NCBI GenBank assembly: GCA_027483355.1
Contig: JAIXUW010000292.1
Span: forward strand, 4,628-68,627
Length of the DNA stretch: 64,000 nt
Reading direction: 5' to 3'
From: Alphaproteobacteria bacterium
GTDB lineage: Bacteria; Pseudomonadota; Alphaproteobacteria; Micavibrionales; UBA2020
Below the pieces are notes generated by a model. It saw only the letters and a program-made list of their open reading frames with translations, was not told the DNA's origin and did no database searches. Made by a program: the position numbers and the translations under genes. The stretch's first letter is position 1. Each line of letters starts with the position of its first letter. This document shows positions 35,199 to 43,641 of this stretch, piece after piece.

Positions 35199-35264
35199 CC
35201 CTTTGAGGCGCTTTTGTTATTGTTACTCTTATTTTTTATCGTGATTTTTATGTTTCGTAATATT

Positions 35265-36731
35265 CTAAACCTGATTCTTCATTGTATACAATGTACTGAT
35301 CCGATGCCTCTTATCCATGCACCACTTTTTCAATTGGGACACAATGCACTTGACGCAATCCTTCCCGTAAGCTGTAGGCTCTGCCTTCAATAAATATTCA
35401 CATGTAGCCACATATAGAGCCAACGTTTCCATGTCGTGTAGCTCGACCGATTCAATAAGTGTCATGAGCGTACGGCCTGTAAAATTGGCCCACTTGTGAA
35501 TCTGATTTTGAATCGCATCCGGGTGCACTTGATCGATCACAATCTGGCTCAATGAAGTCTTGACGTATGCATACTTGCAGCCGCTGCCCTTCTTGAACTT
35601 GTCAACCACGGGGCCGCGTGTAATCTCATCTTGCGCCAATTCGATCACAGAACCTGGTTTGCGACCACGAGGCAGTCCAGTGTAAGGACGCTTCTTCCTT
35701 TTGGACGCGCTCTTGATTTTCCTGGCCTGTCGCTGACGCGATCTGCTATCCGATTGGAATGATGGGTCGTACAAGTCTTCGTCTTCTTGGGCGATATCGT
35801 CGTTTTGTTCCAAGACTGCGTCGTCGGCGGTGAAAGGCACAAAAGGGGCCGGAGCAGGAGGAGGACAGGACGCCGAACTCGGCATTGAAGCCATAAAAAT
35901 CGCCAACTCTTCCTCGCGTGGAATATTCTCTTCACTGTCGTCAAAATTGCCAACAGGCTCGGCTTCCATGAGTGGCGCTGGCGGAGCTAAAGAAAACTCT
36001 GAATCGGCGCTATGCACTTGAGAATCGGCCGCGTTTTTCATGGTAGAAATGGAAGATTGTAGAAAAGCAACGAATTCGGATGAAAAAAACACTGGCGAGC
36101 ATTCAGTGATCGAAGAAGATACCAGAGCCGTCTCAAAGACCGGTTCAGTCAGCGCAAAGGAGAGAAAGTGACCACCATCAGCGTCTGTAGCCACAAAGAC
36201 ATTGTTTCTGCAATTCAGAATAATGCGTCTGAGCATGCTTTGAATGCAAGGCACAGCGGTCGCCACTGCAAACGTTTCCAACAGCCGATGAAACGGCGCC
36301 AGTGGACTTTGGTGCGCCGAAATGGCATGCTTCGTCGCCGATGTAAACGCAGAATGCAACATGGGCAAAGCGTGAGGCGGATGAACGGCCATAGCCACCT
36401 TTGAATCGATAATGTGACGCACGTGGTTCAAAAACGCAGCGTAGTAGAATGGCGCCGATATCAAATCGCAAAAATTGGCAAATGTCATGTTCATATCCAT
36501 AGTAATCGCGTGCGATTGGATGACGCGTAAAACTTCGTCGGCAAGAAGGCGGCCTTGGTAGCAGGCGATCTCGTCGTCCGCAGAGTGCAGCATCTCGAGA
36601 TATTCTCTCACCGCATTCGCATTTCGCTCCATGAATGATATATTGTCTTTTCCGAGTGAAAGCAAGGGCGCTGGAACGGCGCCAGTTTCGGTTTCTTTCG
36701 TAAACGCATTGAGCGCTTTCAAAAATGCCAT
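35265..36731 (-). CDS. Hypothetical nuclear or DNA-binding protein with an AT-hook
   Basis: The first ATG is at 36731. An acidic linker is followed by KRKKRPYTGLPRGRKPGS, which contains the AT-hook core PRGRKPG and an NLS-like basic run. Confidence 0.5.
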   Translation of the reverse strand: MAFLKALNAFTKETETGAVPAPLLSLGKDNISFMERNANAVREYLEMLHSADDEIACYQGRLLADEVLRVIQSHAITMDMNMTFANFCDLISAPFYYAAFLNHVRHIIDSKVAMAVHPPHALPMLHSAFTSATKHAISAHQSPLAPFHRLLETFAVATAVPCIQSMLRRIILNCRNNVFVATDADGGHFLSFALTEPVFETALVSSSITECSPVFFSSEFVAFLQSSISTMKNAADSQVHSADSEFSLAPPAPLMEAEPVGNFDDSEENIPREEELAIFMASMPSSASCPPPAPAPFVPFTADDAVLEQNDDIAQEDEDLYDPSFQSDSRSRQRQARKIKSASKRKKRPYTGLPRGRKPGSVIELAQDEITRGPVVDKFKKGSGCKYAYVKTSLSQIVIDQVHPDAIQNQIHKWANFTGRTLMTLIESVELHDMETLALYVATCEYLLKAEPTAYGKDCVKCIVSQLKKWCMDKRHRISTLYTMKNQV

Positions 36732-37347
36732 TTTCTGCACAAAGGTTTAAAATACGACACTATTAAGTCACTATTGATATTCGTTGATAAGAATGGCACA
36801 CGCACCGGAACAGATGTGCTACGTCGCGACCACAATGTGAACTGATTCTCCTTTTGGGGCAGGTTTTGGGGCGGTGGCTAGTTTAACCACCCGGGTGCAG
36901 GTGCGGTGAGATCCGACGTCGATTTTTGCATATTATGATTTGATAGCGCGTGTGTGTGCTAAATACATTTTCAAAACAACTTTCCGATGACTCGCCCGAT
37001 ATGGAACAATGTCAGCGCAGCTCAACGCCGGCGTGATTTTCACTCGGAATCAGCTTAGAAAGCAGGATTGCATCATTATATAATCGTATCTATTTTTCCG
37101 ATGCAGTTGTCTGGGGTGGGAGTTACCCTGCTTTCCCGTTTTGGGCGGCGAGTTAAAAATGTGTTCCGCCACGCGCTTCTTTTTTTCTCAGTCCGCCTTC
37201 ACTCCTCCTTGCCTGCAAGTCGATTTATCTCGCGCCTCTTTTTCTCAATCTTTGTATTTTATCATGTACGTCATGTTTTAGTGTTCATTGATAAGAATTA
37301 GGCGTTTTTGGCGAACCGCACGAAAAAAACTTACTTTTGCGCGCAGA

Positions 37348-38862
37348 ATGTCGTTGTCTGATTCTGAATCCGTAACCAATTTTACGTACAACGAGACTAC
37401 GTGTGAGTTGGTGATTACATCCGCTACAGGTTTGATCGAGGCCGTCGTTTGGCTCAACAGCCGAATCGCCCAAGTCGCCGGCATTGCCGATCGACCTGTT
37501 GGCTTTCGTCTTTGGGCTGAGCATGTTCCATTGATCGCAAAGAATCTCGTTGTTGTTTTCCAAGAAGATTGCAATGTTTTGAGCGAGAAATCGTGGAGGT
37601 CGTTCTACTTCTTGGTTCCCTACATCACCCAACTTACCATGTGGGGTCATCAATTGACTCTCCTTTACCAAACTCTTCCTGTTGGTGCTCAGGAGCTCGT
37701 GTTTACTCGACTGCAGGAGTTTTTCATTGACACCAATGAGAAAGGCGATTTTGTCTCCGGCGTCAACGTGTGCCGCTTTCCTTCATTGGAAATCTTTGGA
37801 TTTGTCGATGAGACTTTACCTTTGGGATGCAAGCGCTGCGGTCTTGCTGCCGATTTTTCCACAGGAGTTCCCGCGCCCTACAAGGGTTGCACTCACGGCG
37901 ATTATAATCAGTTCTACTCCACTGCGTCCTTTATGTTTTGGAATTGGAAAAAGGTCTGCCCGGAATTGAAAACATTCGCTGGGCCTACTACTATGACTCG
38001 TTTGGTCGGTTCCTTCCCCGCGAAACTTTCCAGCGTCGAGACCGTGATCGTGTCTTCATTTTCTCGTCGCGAATACGATTCTTTCACTCCTGAGCAATGG
38101 AGCACATTGTGCCAGCGTCTTGCCACCGGCTGTTTGAGAATCAAGAGACTGCGCGTTTCGCGCTCCTATTTCTCGGATCCGTTCTACTCTTACGTTTTCA
38201 AATTACGCGCCGAGTCTTACATCATTTCGGAAGCTCACTATGTGAATCCCGAGGAGCCCGCGCTCTCTTCTGACTACGTTGGCTTTGATCGCTCTCACTG
38301 GCGCCGTGTGACGGATATTTCAGTTCTCGAGCGTGTTTATTTTGATATTGCCACTGCATGTCATCTTTCCGTCGGTATTATGATCCAAGAAGCGCGCCTT
38401 GTGAAGACTATTTTGCAAGAGAAACGCTCGCCCCACTCGGATCGTCCTTATCTGGTCTACACTGGCCCTCATTGCTCCAACGAACTTTGCATGACTTTTC
38501 CCCTGAGCAATAAGCTCTCGAACCGCAAGGCTCATCATCGCATGGCGCTCGCTATTCTCCGCGATCTGAGCGTTCCTGTTAGCGCGTTTAGAATCAAGAC
38601 CGTCCCATTTGCCAAGTCCTACGCCGAATTTCTCAGAGAGTTTGTCTCCATCGAGCAAGTCGGAGCTCTGGCCGCTGCCAAAGCAGGATTGACCAATCCC
38701 TACTGCGATCGAGCATTTGATTTGGCGATCGGTCAGCGTCAGATTCCGATCGAAGCGACATTTGGCGTCCAGCAGTTTCACATGGGTAGCGCGAACACTG
38801 GCGCCGACGCTTCCAATTTGAGTTTTATTCCCGAAAGCCCGATTGTATCTGATTCCGAGTAA
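37348..38862 (+). CDS. Hypothetical protein (504 aa)
   Basis: The first ATG is at 37348. I recognised no motif. Confidence 0.5.
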   Translation: MSLSDSESVTNFTYNETTCELVITSATGLIEAVVWLNSRIAQVAGIADRPVGFRLWAEHVPLIAKNLVVVFQEDCNVLSEKSWRSFYFLVPYITQLTMWGHQLTLLYQTLPVGAQELVFTRLQEFFIDTNEKGDFVSGVNVCRFPSLEIFGFVDETLPLGCKRCGLAADFSTGVPAPYKGCTHGDYNQFYSTASFMFWNWKKVCPELKTFAGPTTMTRLVGSFPAKLSSVETVIVSSFSRREYDSFTPEQWSTLCQRLATGCLRIKRLRVSRSYFSDPFYSYVFKLRAESYIISEAHYVNPEEPALSSDYVGFDRSHWRRVTDISVLERVYFDIATACHLSVGIMIQEARLVKTILQEKRSPHSDRPYLVYTGPHCSNELCMTFPLSNKLSNRKAHHRMALAILRDLSVPVSAFRIKTVPFAKSYAEFLREFVSIEQVGALAAAKAGLTNPYCDRAFDLAIGQRQIPIEATFGVQQFHMGSANTGADASNLSFIPESPIVSDSE

Positions 38863-38986
38863 ATTGTGCATATTTTGAGAGTCAATATAATACTTTATCC
38901 AACAGGCGGGGGGTGGGGTTAGCAAGAATCGGCGGTTTGCAAGCGTCAATTGTTTTGTACGTCTTCATAACGTCACGTATAAGTAC

Positions 38987-40243
38987 ATGAGTGAACATAA
39001 GAGGGCAAAGTTGTGCGATTCAGACGCCGAAGAAGGCAAGGAGAAAGCAAACGCGCCGCCCGCGCTCACTCTCCAGGATTTACCCGATGACATGCTGCGT
39101 TACATAGGGACCGTATTGTGTCCCGAAAAAACGTACCATGTGTGGAATGTTTTGGCGCGGACAAGCCAGCGATTTCGGCAAAGTTTGCAAAACCCACCAC
39201 TGCAAGCGTTTCAAACTGTCACAATCGCGATAACAGGATACTGGGAGGCAACTGAATATTCATTGTGTGGTTTAACCCACCGCGACGACGATTTGCCTGC
39301 CGTGGAATATTCGAACGGTGCCAAAATGTGGTACCAACATGACAAATTACACCGCGATGGCGATCTTCCCGCCGTCATTGATGCACGCGGAAACAATGAA
39401 TGGTATCAGCATGGAAAACTTCATCGTGATCACGATCGACCTGCTGTGATCTGCTCCGATGGGACTAAAAAGTGGTACAAGAACGGCGAATTACACCGCG
39501 ACGGTGATTTGCCTGCTAAGGAATTTCCTAACGGTATAAAAGCATGGTATCAGAACGGCTTACTCCACCGCGACGGTGACTTGCCTGCTTTCTTTGACAC
39601 GAACGACGGCGAAGAATGGCGCAAAGAATGGCACAAAAGGGGCGAGTTGCATCGCGACGGCGACTTGCCTGCTGTGGAATTCTCGAACGGTACCAAAAAG
39701 TGGTACAAAAACGGCGAATTACACCGCGACGGCGATCTCCCTGCTGTTATTGATGCACACGGGTACAGTAAATGGTATCAACATGGAGTATTGCACCGAG
39801 ACGGCGATTTGCCTACTGTGGAATATTGGAACGGTACCAAAATGTGGCACCAACACGGCAAATTACACCGCGATGGCGATCTTCCCGCCGTCGTTGATGC
39901 AAACGGAAACAAAGAATGGCATCGACATGGATCATTGCACCGCGACGGGGATTTGCCTGCTGTTGTTCTTAGCGACGGACTTAAAGTGTGGTACAAAAAC
40001 GGCCTACGCCACCGCGATGGCGATTTGCCTGCCAAGGAATATACCAACGGTAACAAAAAGTGGTACCAGCACGACAAGTTGCACCGCGACGGAGATTTGC
40101 CTGCTGTGGAATACTCTGAAGGTGGTAAAAAATGGTACCGCAACGGTGTATTGCATCGCGATGGAGGTTTGCCTGCTATTGTTTTTCCAAATGGTCACAA
40201 ATTGTGGTTTGTTGACGGCGTATGCAAAGGACATGAAGTTTGA
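38987..40243 (+). CDS. MORN-like repeat protein (13 x 23-aa repeats) with an F-box-like N-terminus
   Basis: The repeat consensus is W(Y/H)xNGxLHRDGDLPAxExxNGxK, counted 13 times. The N-terminus LQDLPDDMLRYIGTVLCPEKTYHVWNVLARTSQRFRQSL resembles an F-box. Confidence 0.75.
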   Translation: MSEHKRAKLCDSDAEEGKEKANAPPALTLQDLPDDMLRYIGTVLCPEKTYHVWNVLARTSQRFRQSLQNPPLQAFQTVTIAITGYWEATEYSLCGLTHRDDDLPAVEYSNGAKMWYQHDKLHRDGDLPAVIDARGNNEWYQHGKLHRDHDRPAVICSDGTKKWYKNGELHRDGDLPAKEFPNGIKAWYQNGLLHRDGDLPAFFDTNDGEEWRKEWHKRGELHRDGDLPAVEFSNGTKKWYKNGELHRDGDLPAVIDAHGYSKWYQHGVLHRDGDLPTVEYWNGTKMWHQHGKLHRDGDLPAVVDANGNKEWHRHGSLHRDGDLPAVVLSDGLKVWYKNGLRHRDGDLPAKEYTNGNKKWYQHDKLHRDGDLPAVEYSEGGKKWYRNGVLHRDGGLPAIVFPNGHKLWFVDGVCKGHEV

Positions 40244-40400
40244 ATTGGGATAATTTGGTTCACGCAAAAAACGTATGTATAATACACAAGCTGTTTTATC
40301 GTTTGCATTCTTTTGCAAGCACCTTGGTTACACAAGTTGGATTTGAGGAGGATTTCTACAGTTCAGACAAGATAAACGCCCTCCCTTTTCCTGTTAGATG

Positions 40401-40937
40401 TTATGAGCCACCCAACTTGATATTATTATTGTTTGAACCGTACCCGTAATTTGTGAAAGCGTTACCTCCATCCCACTTCCGTTGAGACGGTGGTGGAGGC
40501 GGAGGCGGGGCGTCTTTCGACGCACGTGCTTCGCATACAGCTTCCATTTTTTCAATGTCTAGCATACTTGCATTATCCAAACTTGTCAGCGCGTACACGT
40601 AAGAAACGCGGTTCAGTGTGCGAATGTGGGTGCGCAGCAGCGATCTTCCTGTAGGTGAATCTTGAGGGCATATATATTGCACAATGTGATAGGAACGCGG
40701 GCTAACTTGCTGCACCTGTCTTAAAACGTCGTCGATGGCGGTGGCGTTGGGACGAACAACAACCTGCACTGATTTCTCCAGCCCGTTGCTTGTTCTATCG
40801 TAGATGACTTCGAGGAAATGTTCCGGTTTTGCGTCGAGTGCAGCCGATGGCGCGGCTTGGATGGCTATGGGAGCCAGTAATAGGAAGACGAGAAGAAGAG
40901 GTGTTAGTTTGACCGTGCGTCTCTTCTCGGGAAGCAT
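40401..40937 (-). CDS. Secreted protein (178 aa) with a C-terminal poly-Pro tract
   Basis: The first ATG at 40937 gives MLPEKRRTVKLTPLLLVFLLLAPIAIQAAPS, a signal peptide. PPPPPPPS lies near the C-terminus. Confidence 0.55.
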   Translation of the reverse strand: MLPEKRRTVKLTPLLLVFLLLAPIAIQAAPSAALDAKPEHFLEVIYDRTSNGLEKSVQVVVRPNATAIDDVLRQVQQVSPRSYHIVQYICPQDSPTGRSLLRTHIRTLNRVSYVYALTSLDNASMLDIEKMEAVCEARASKDAPPPPPPPSQRKWDGGNAFTNYGYGSNNNNIKLGGS

Positions 40938-41131
40938 GATTTGGTCTACGCAATTTGTGTGCAAGTACACTTCAAAGATTAGAGTAGTACTTTTCTTGAT
41001 TCTATTTCACGGCGTCGAAAAACTGGTTTTGTGCACCCCCGCCGTCCAAATTATTAAAAACATCTTTGAGCCACATAATAGTTTAACACTATTAAACATG
41101 TAATCATATACACAATTGGACACAATTCAGG

Positions 41132-41512
41132 TCACACAGACTCGGCCTTGGTAAACTCTTCCTTGATTCCAAGGTCCACAAATATGAGGTCGCGACTCCA
41201 GTGATCTTCGATCATTTGAAAAGGCTCAACTCTGTCCGTCATGCGAACAAATAGACAATCGGGAAGAGCTTCAAAAAGTTCTCCCAGTACAACCTTCCTG
41301 GTTCGAGGCTTTGCGTTCTTTAGCACAGAGTCAAGTCCAATCACGCCTTTCTTGTCAATACTGCCAACTCCATCTACCAGGCAATATGCAATAGCTTGCC
41401 TCAAACACTTCTCCTGACAGAGCCAGTGGCTTTCAATGTATTCTTTTGCCTTGTCTACAAGAACTTGCTTGCTCAAGAATTTTAAAGACCCTGGTCCGTA
41501 TTCGATGGCCAT
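41132..41512 (-). CDS. Member 1 (most divergent) of a three-gene tandem paralog family
   Basis: The first ATG is at 41512 (126 aa). It shares its length and motifs with the two neighbours, for example VLGELFEALPDC versus VLLELMRLFPKC, and W...DLIFVDLGIKEEF versus W.FDDIWIDLNAQIEF. Confidence 0.5.
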   Translation of the reverse strand: MAIEYGPGSLKFLSKQVLVDKAKEYIESHWLCQEKCLRQAIAYCLVDGVGSIDKKGVIGLDSVLKNAKPRTRKVVLGELFEALPDCLFVRMTDRVEPFQMIEDHWSRDLIFVDLGIKEEFTKAESV

Positions 41513-41685
41513 TTTTTGTTTGCTTGCCAGGCACTTGTAGTCCGCAAAACTGAACGACTGCACGCGATTCGGCCGAGTCAAAAAACCGCACTAGGGCGTA
41601 AAAAGCGGGGGTGTAAAAGCGCTTTATCTTTTTATATACAATTAAGACAATGCAAAAGGCGGTCAAAACAGTGTCATGCATAAAT

Positions 41686-42066
41686 TCACATAGGTTTGAA
41701 TTTTCCGTCGGATCCAAGGCCCTCGAACTCAATTTGAGCATTCAAATCGATCCATATATCGTCAAATATCCAGAAAGACGGTGCCTTCTCTATGTATTCA
41801 ACCGAATCCCATCGTGTGCGTGTTATGCATTTGGGAAACAGCCGCATTAATTCTAATAGCACTATTTTTTTAGCGTCGTTCGAATGGCCTTTAAATGCGC
41901 TATAAATCGACGCCTTGCATCCTTGAGCATAGAAGGTCTCAGTAGATGTAATATCCATTATCTTTGCGCGTATTTTAGCTGCCTCTTCGGTGGCAGCAGC
42001 AACCATCACCGTCTTTGCGTGATCTACAAGACTTTCTTTCGTAAATTGGTCTGGAAATCTGTCCAT
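41686..42066 (-). CDS. Member 2 of the three-gene tandem paralog family (126 aa)
   Basis: It aligns clearly by eye with 42220-42615: FP(D/E)xFT.(E/A).L.DH.K.V......TEEAA.IR..I..IT...F...G..AS....F......AKK.VLLE.M..FP.C. Confidence 0.55.
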   Translation of the reverse strand: MDRFPDQFTKESLVDHAKTVMVAAATEEAAKIRAKIMDITSTETFYAQGCKASIYSAFKGHSNDAKKIVLLELMRLFPKCITRTRWDSVEYIEKAPSFWIFDDIWIDLNAQIEFEGLGSDGKFKPM

Positions 42067-42219
42067 GAGAGCACACGTAGTCTATCTGCACAATGTCAAG
42101 TGGCTCTTCATTCGCTGAACGCAAGAACGTTTTTTACACCCGGGAGGGGGGCAAATTATACAATGAAGATAGTTCAAAAAGGAAACTAGAGCAAAGCCAC
42201 ATTCATGTTATACAAGGAT

Positions 42220-42615
42220 TTACACAGGGACAAATTTTCCATCGGGCGTCGGTCCTTCCAACGAGATTTTCGCTTTCAGATCAAAAATGAGGTCTTCAAA
42301 CCTCCAATACTTTGGCACCTTCTCTATCTTTTCGCGTACGCCACAATTGACAACCGTCAAGCAATTGGGAAAACGTTGCATCATCTCAAGAAGAACCAGT
42401 TTTTTAGCGACATCTCCTCGGTTTAGAAACGGGGTCTTTAAAGACGCCCTTCCTCCATCTTGAAAGAAAAAGTCTAAGGTTGTAATGCCCACGATAGCCT
42501 GGCGTATTTGAGCGGCTTCCTCGGTGGCGCGCATTGTGATGACCTTCTTGACGTGATCCGCAAGAGTTGCTTGGGTAAAAGTCTCTGGAAATTGGTACAT
42601 TGCTTCAGTCTGCAT
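42220..42615 (-). CDS. Member 3 of the three-gene tandem paralog family (131 aa, or 126 aa from the second ATG at 42600)
   Basis: See 41686-42066. Alignment with that paralog favours the second Met (MYQFPETF). Confidence 0.55.
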   Translation of the reverse strand: MQTEAMYQFPETFTQATLADHVKKVITMRATEEAAQIRQAIVGITTLDFFFQDGGRASLKTPFLNRGDVAKKLVLLEMMQRFPNCLTVVNCGVREKIEKVPKYWRFEDLIFDLKAKISLEGPTPDGKFVPV

Positions 42616-42872
42616 TTTAGGGGCCTTGAATTGTTACACCAGACTGGTAACGAGAGCCTGTCGGGCGGGACAAAGACGCATTGTGCGCACGCGCCGGGGG
42701 TATATCGCCACTGCAGAACAGTAGCCAATCTTCCTTCGATGCGCCCTGGCGCAGTGATGGAGAACAACGACACTGCAACTTTTATTTAAAAATTCACTTG
42801 CGTTTTTGTTGAAATCAGAAAAAAGGTGGCAACAACGCACGTAGCCGACGTATTTTGAATTTATCATCGACA

Positions 42873-43283
42873 ATGGAATCTGGTACCCCACTATCCCCAA
42901 TCGAGAAGTCGTACATTGATCGCGTTACAAAAAAGCTCAAGTCGATGCCTGGGCCGGGCTGGCTTGTCGTTCACGCTCCGATCAAATCCTTTTTCAAGTC
43001 CCATCTGGGACAGGCAAACCGTGTCGCCGGGAGCCCACTTGTTATTATCGAGGGCAACGCTGGGGTCAATGCAGAGGGCTCGTTTTCTACTTCCGACAGC
43101 CAACGTGCCGGTTCCTTTAAATGGTTGAACAATTTTGTCGATCAATTCATCGGTCGCCGCGAAATACGATACACTTATTCAATTACGTTCCGCGACGCAG
43201 AGTTATGCGCTCGCCGGTTTGAAGAAGGCGCATCTATCCGCGAAGAAGAAATCGTGTACGATCCGACCATGTATGCTGTGTGA
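42873..43283 (+). CDS. Hypothetical small protein (136 aa)
   Basis: The first ATG is at 42873. I recognised no motif. Confidence 0.4.
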   Translation: MESGTPLSPIEKSYIDRVTKKLKSMPGPGWLVVHAPIKSFFKSHLGQANRVAGSPLVIIEGNAGVNAEGSFSTSDSQRAGSFKWLNNFVDQFIGRREIRYTYSITFRDAELCARRFEEGASIREEEIVYDPTMYAV

Positions 43284-43641
43284 AAAACAAGGCCGTATAT
43301 GTTGTACTTTGGTTTACAAAAAAATACATCAATCCTGAAATTCCCTCGAAATATGCCCTGATTCGAGCTCCTTCTTAATACTTTCGGCCTTGCGCAGATA
43401 TTCTTTGATGCCCATGCCCATTTTGGCCGCTTTTCTCCACCAACGCCTTTCGAGCGGCGTTTGCTTCTTAAAATCCGCCGTTATTTCGTCGTAGGCGCGC
43501 TTCATTCTTTTTGACACAGTCCGCAGTGAGTCTATTTTAAACAAACCGCGCGATTTGGTGTCGTGGCTTGCGCTCTCCCCTCTTTGTGATTATGTTTCAA
43601 ACACCCGACTGCGCTTGATTGCATTCAAACCTTGAACAAAA

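Noticed and set aside
38320-38949. A 209-aa minus-strand ORF overlaps the 3' end of 37348-38862.
   Set aside because: It is antisense to the longer ORF, has no good start context, and has an implausible composition.
39576-40253. A 225-aa alternative-frame ORF lies inside the MORN-like gene, together with minus-strand ORFs at 39778-40143 and 40004-40318.
   Set aside because: The 69-nt repeat periodicity propagates open frames, and only the frame giving the W.xNG.LHRDGDLPA consensus resembles a known repeat.
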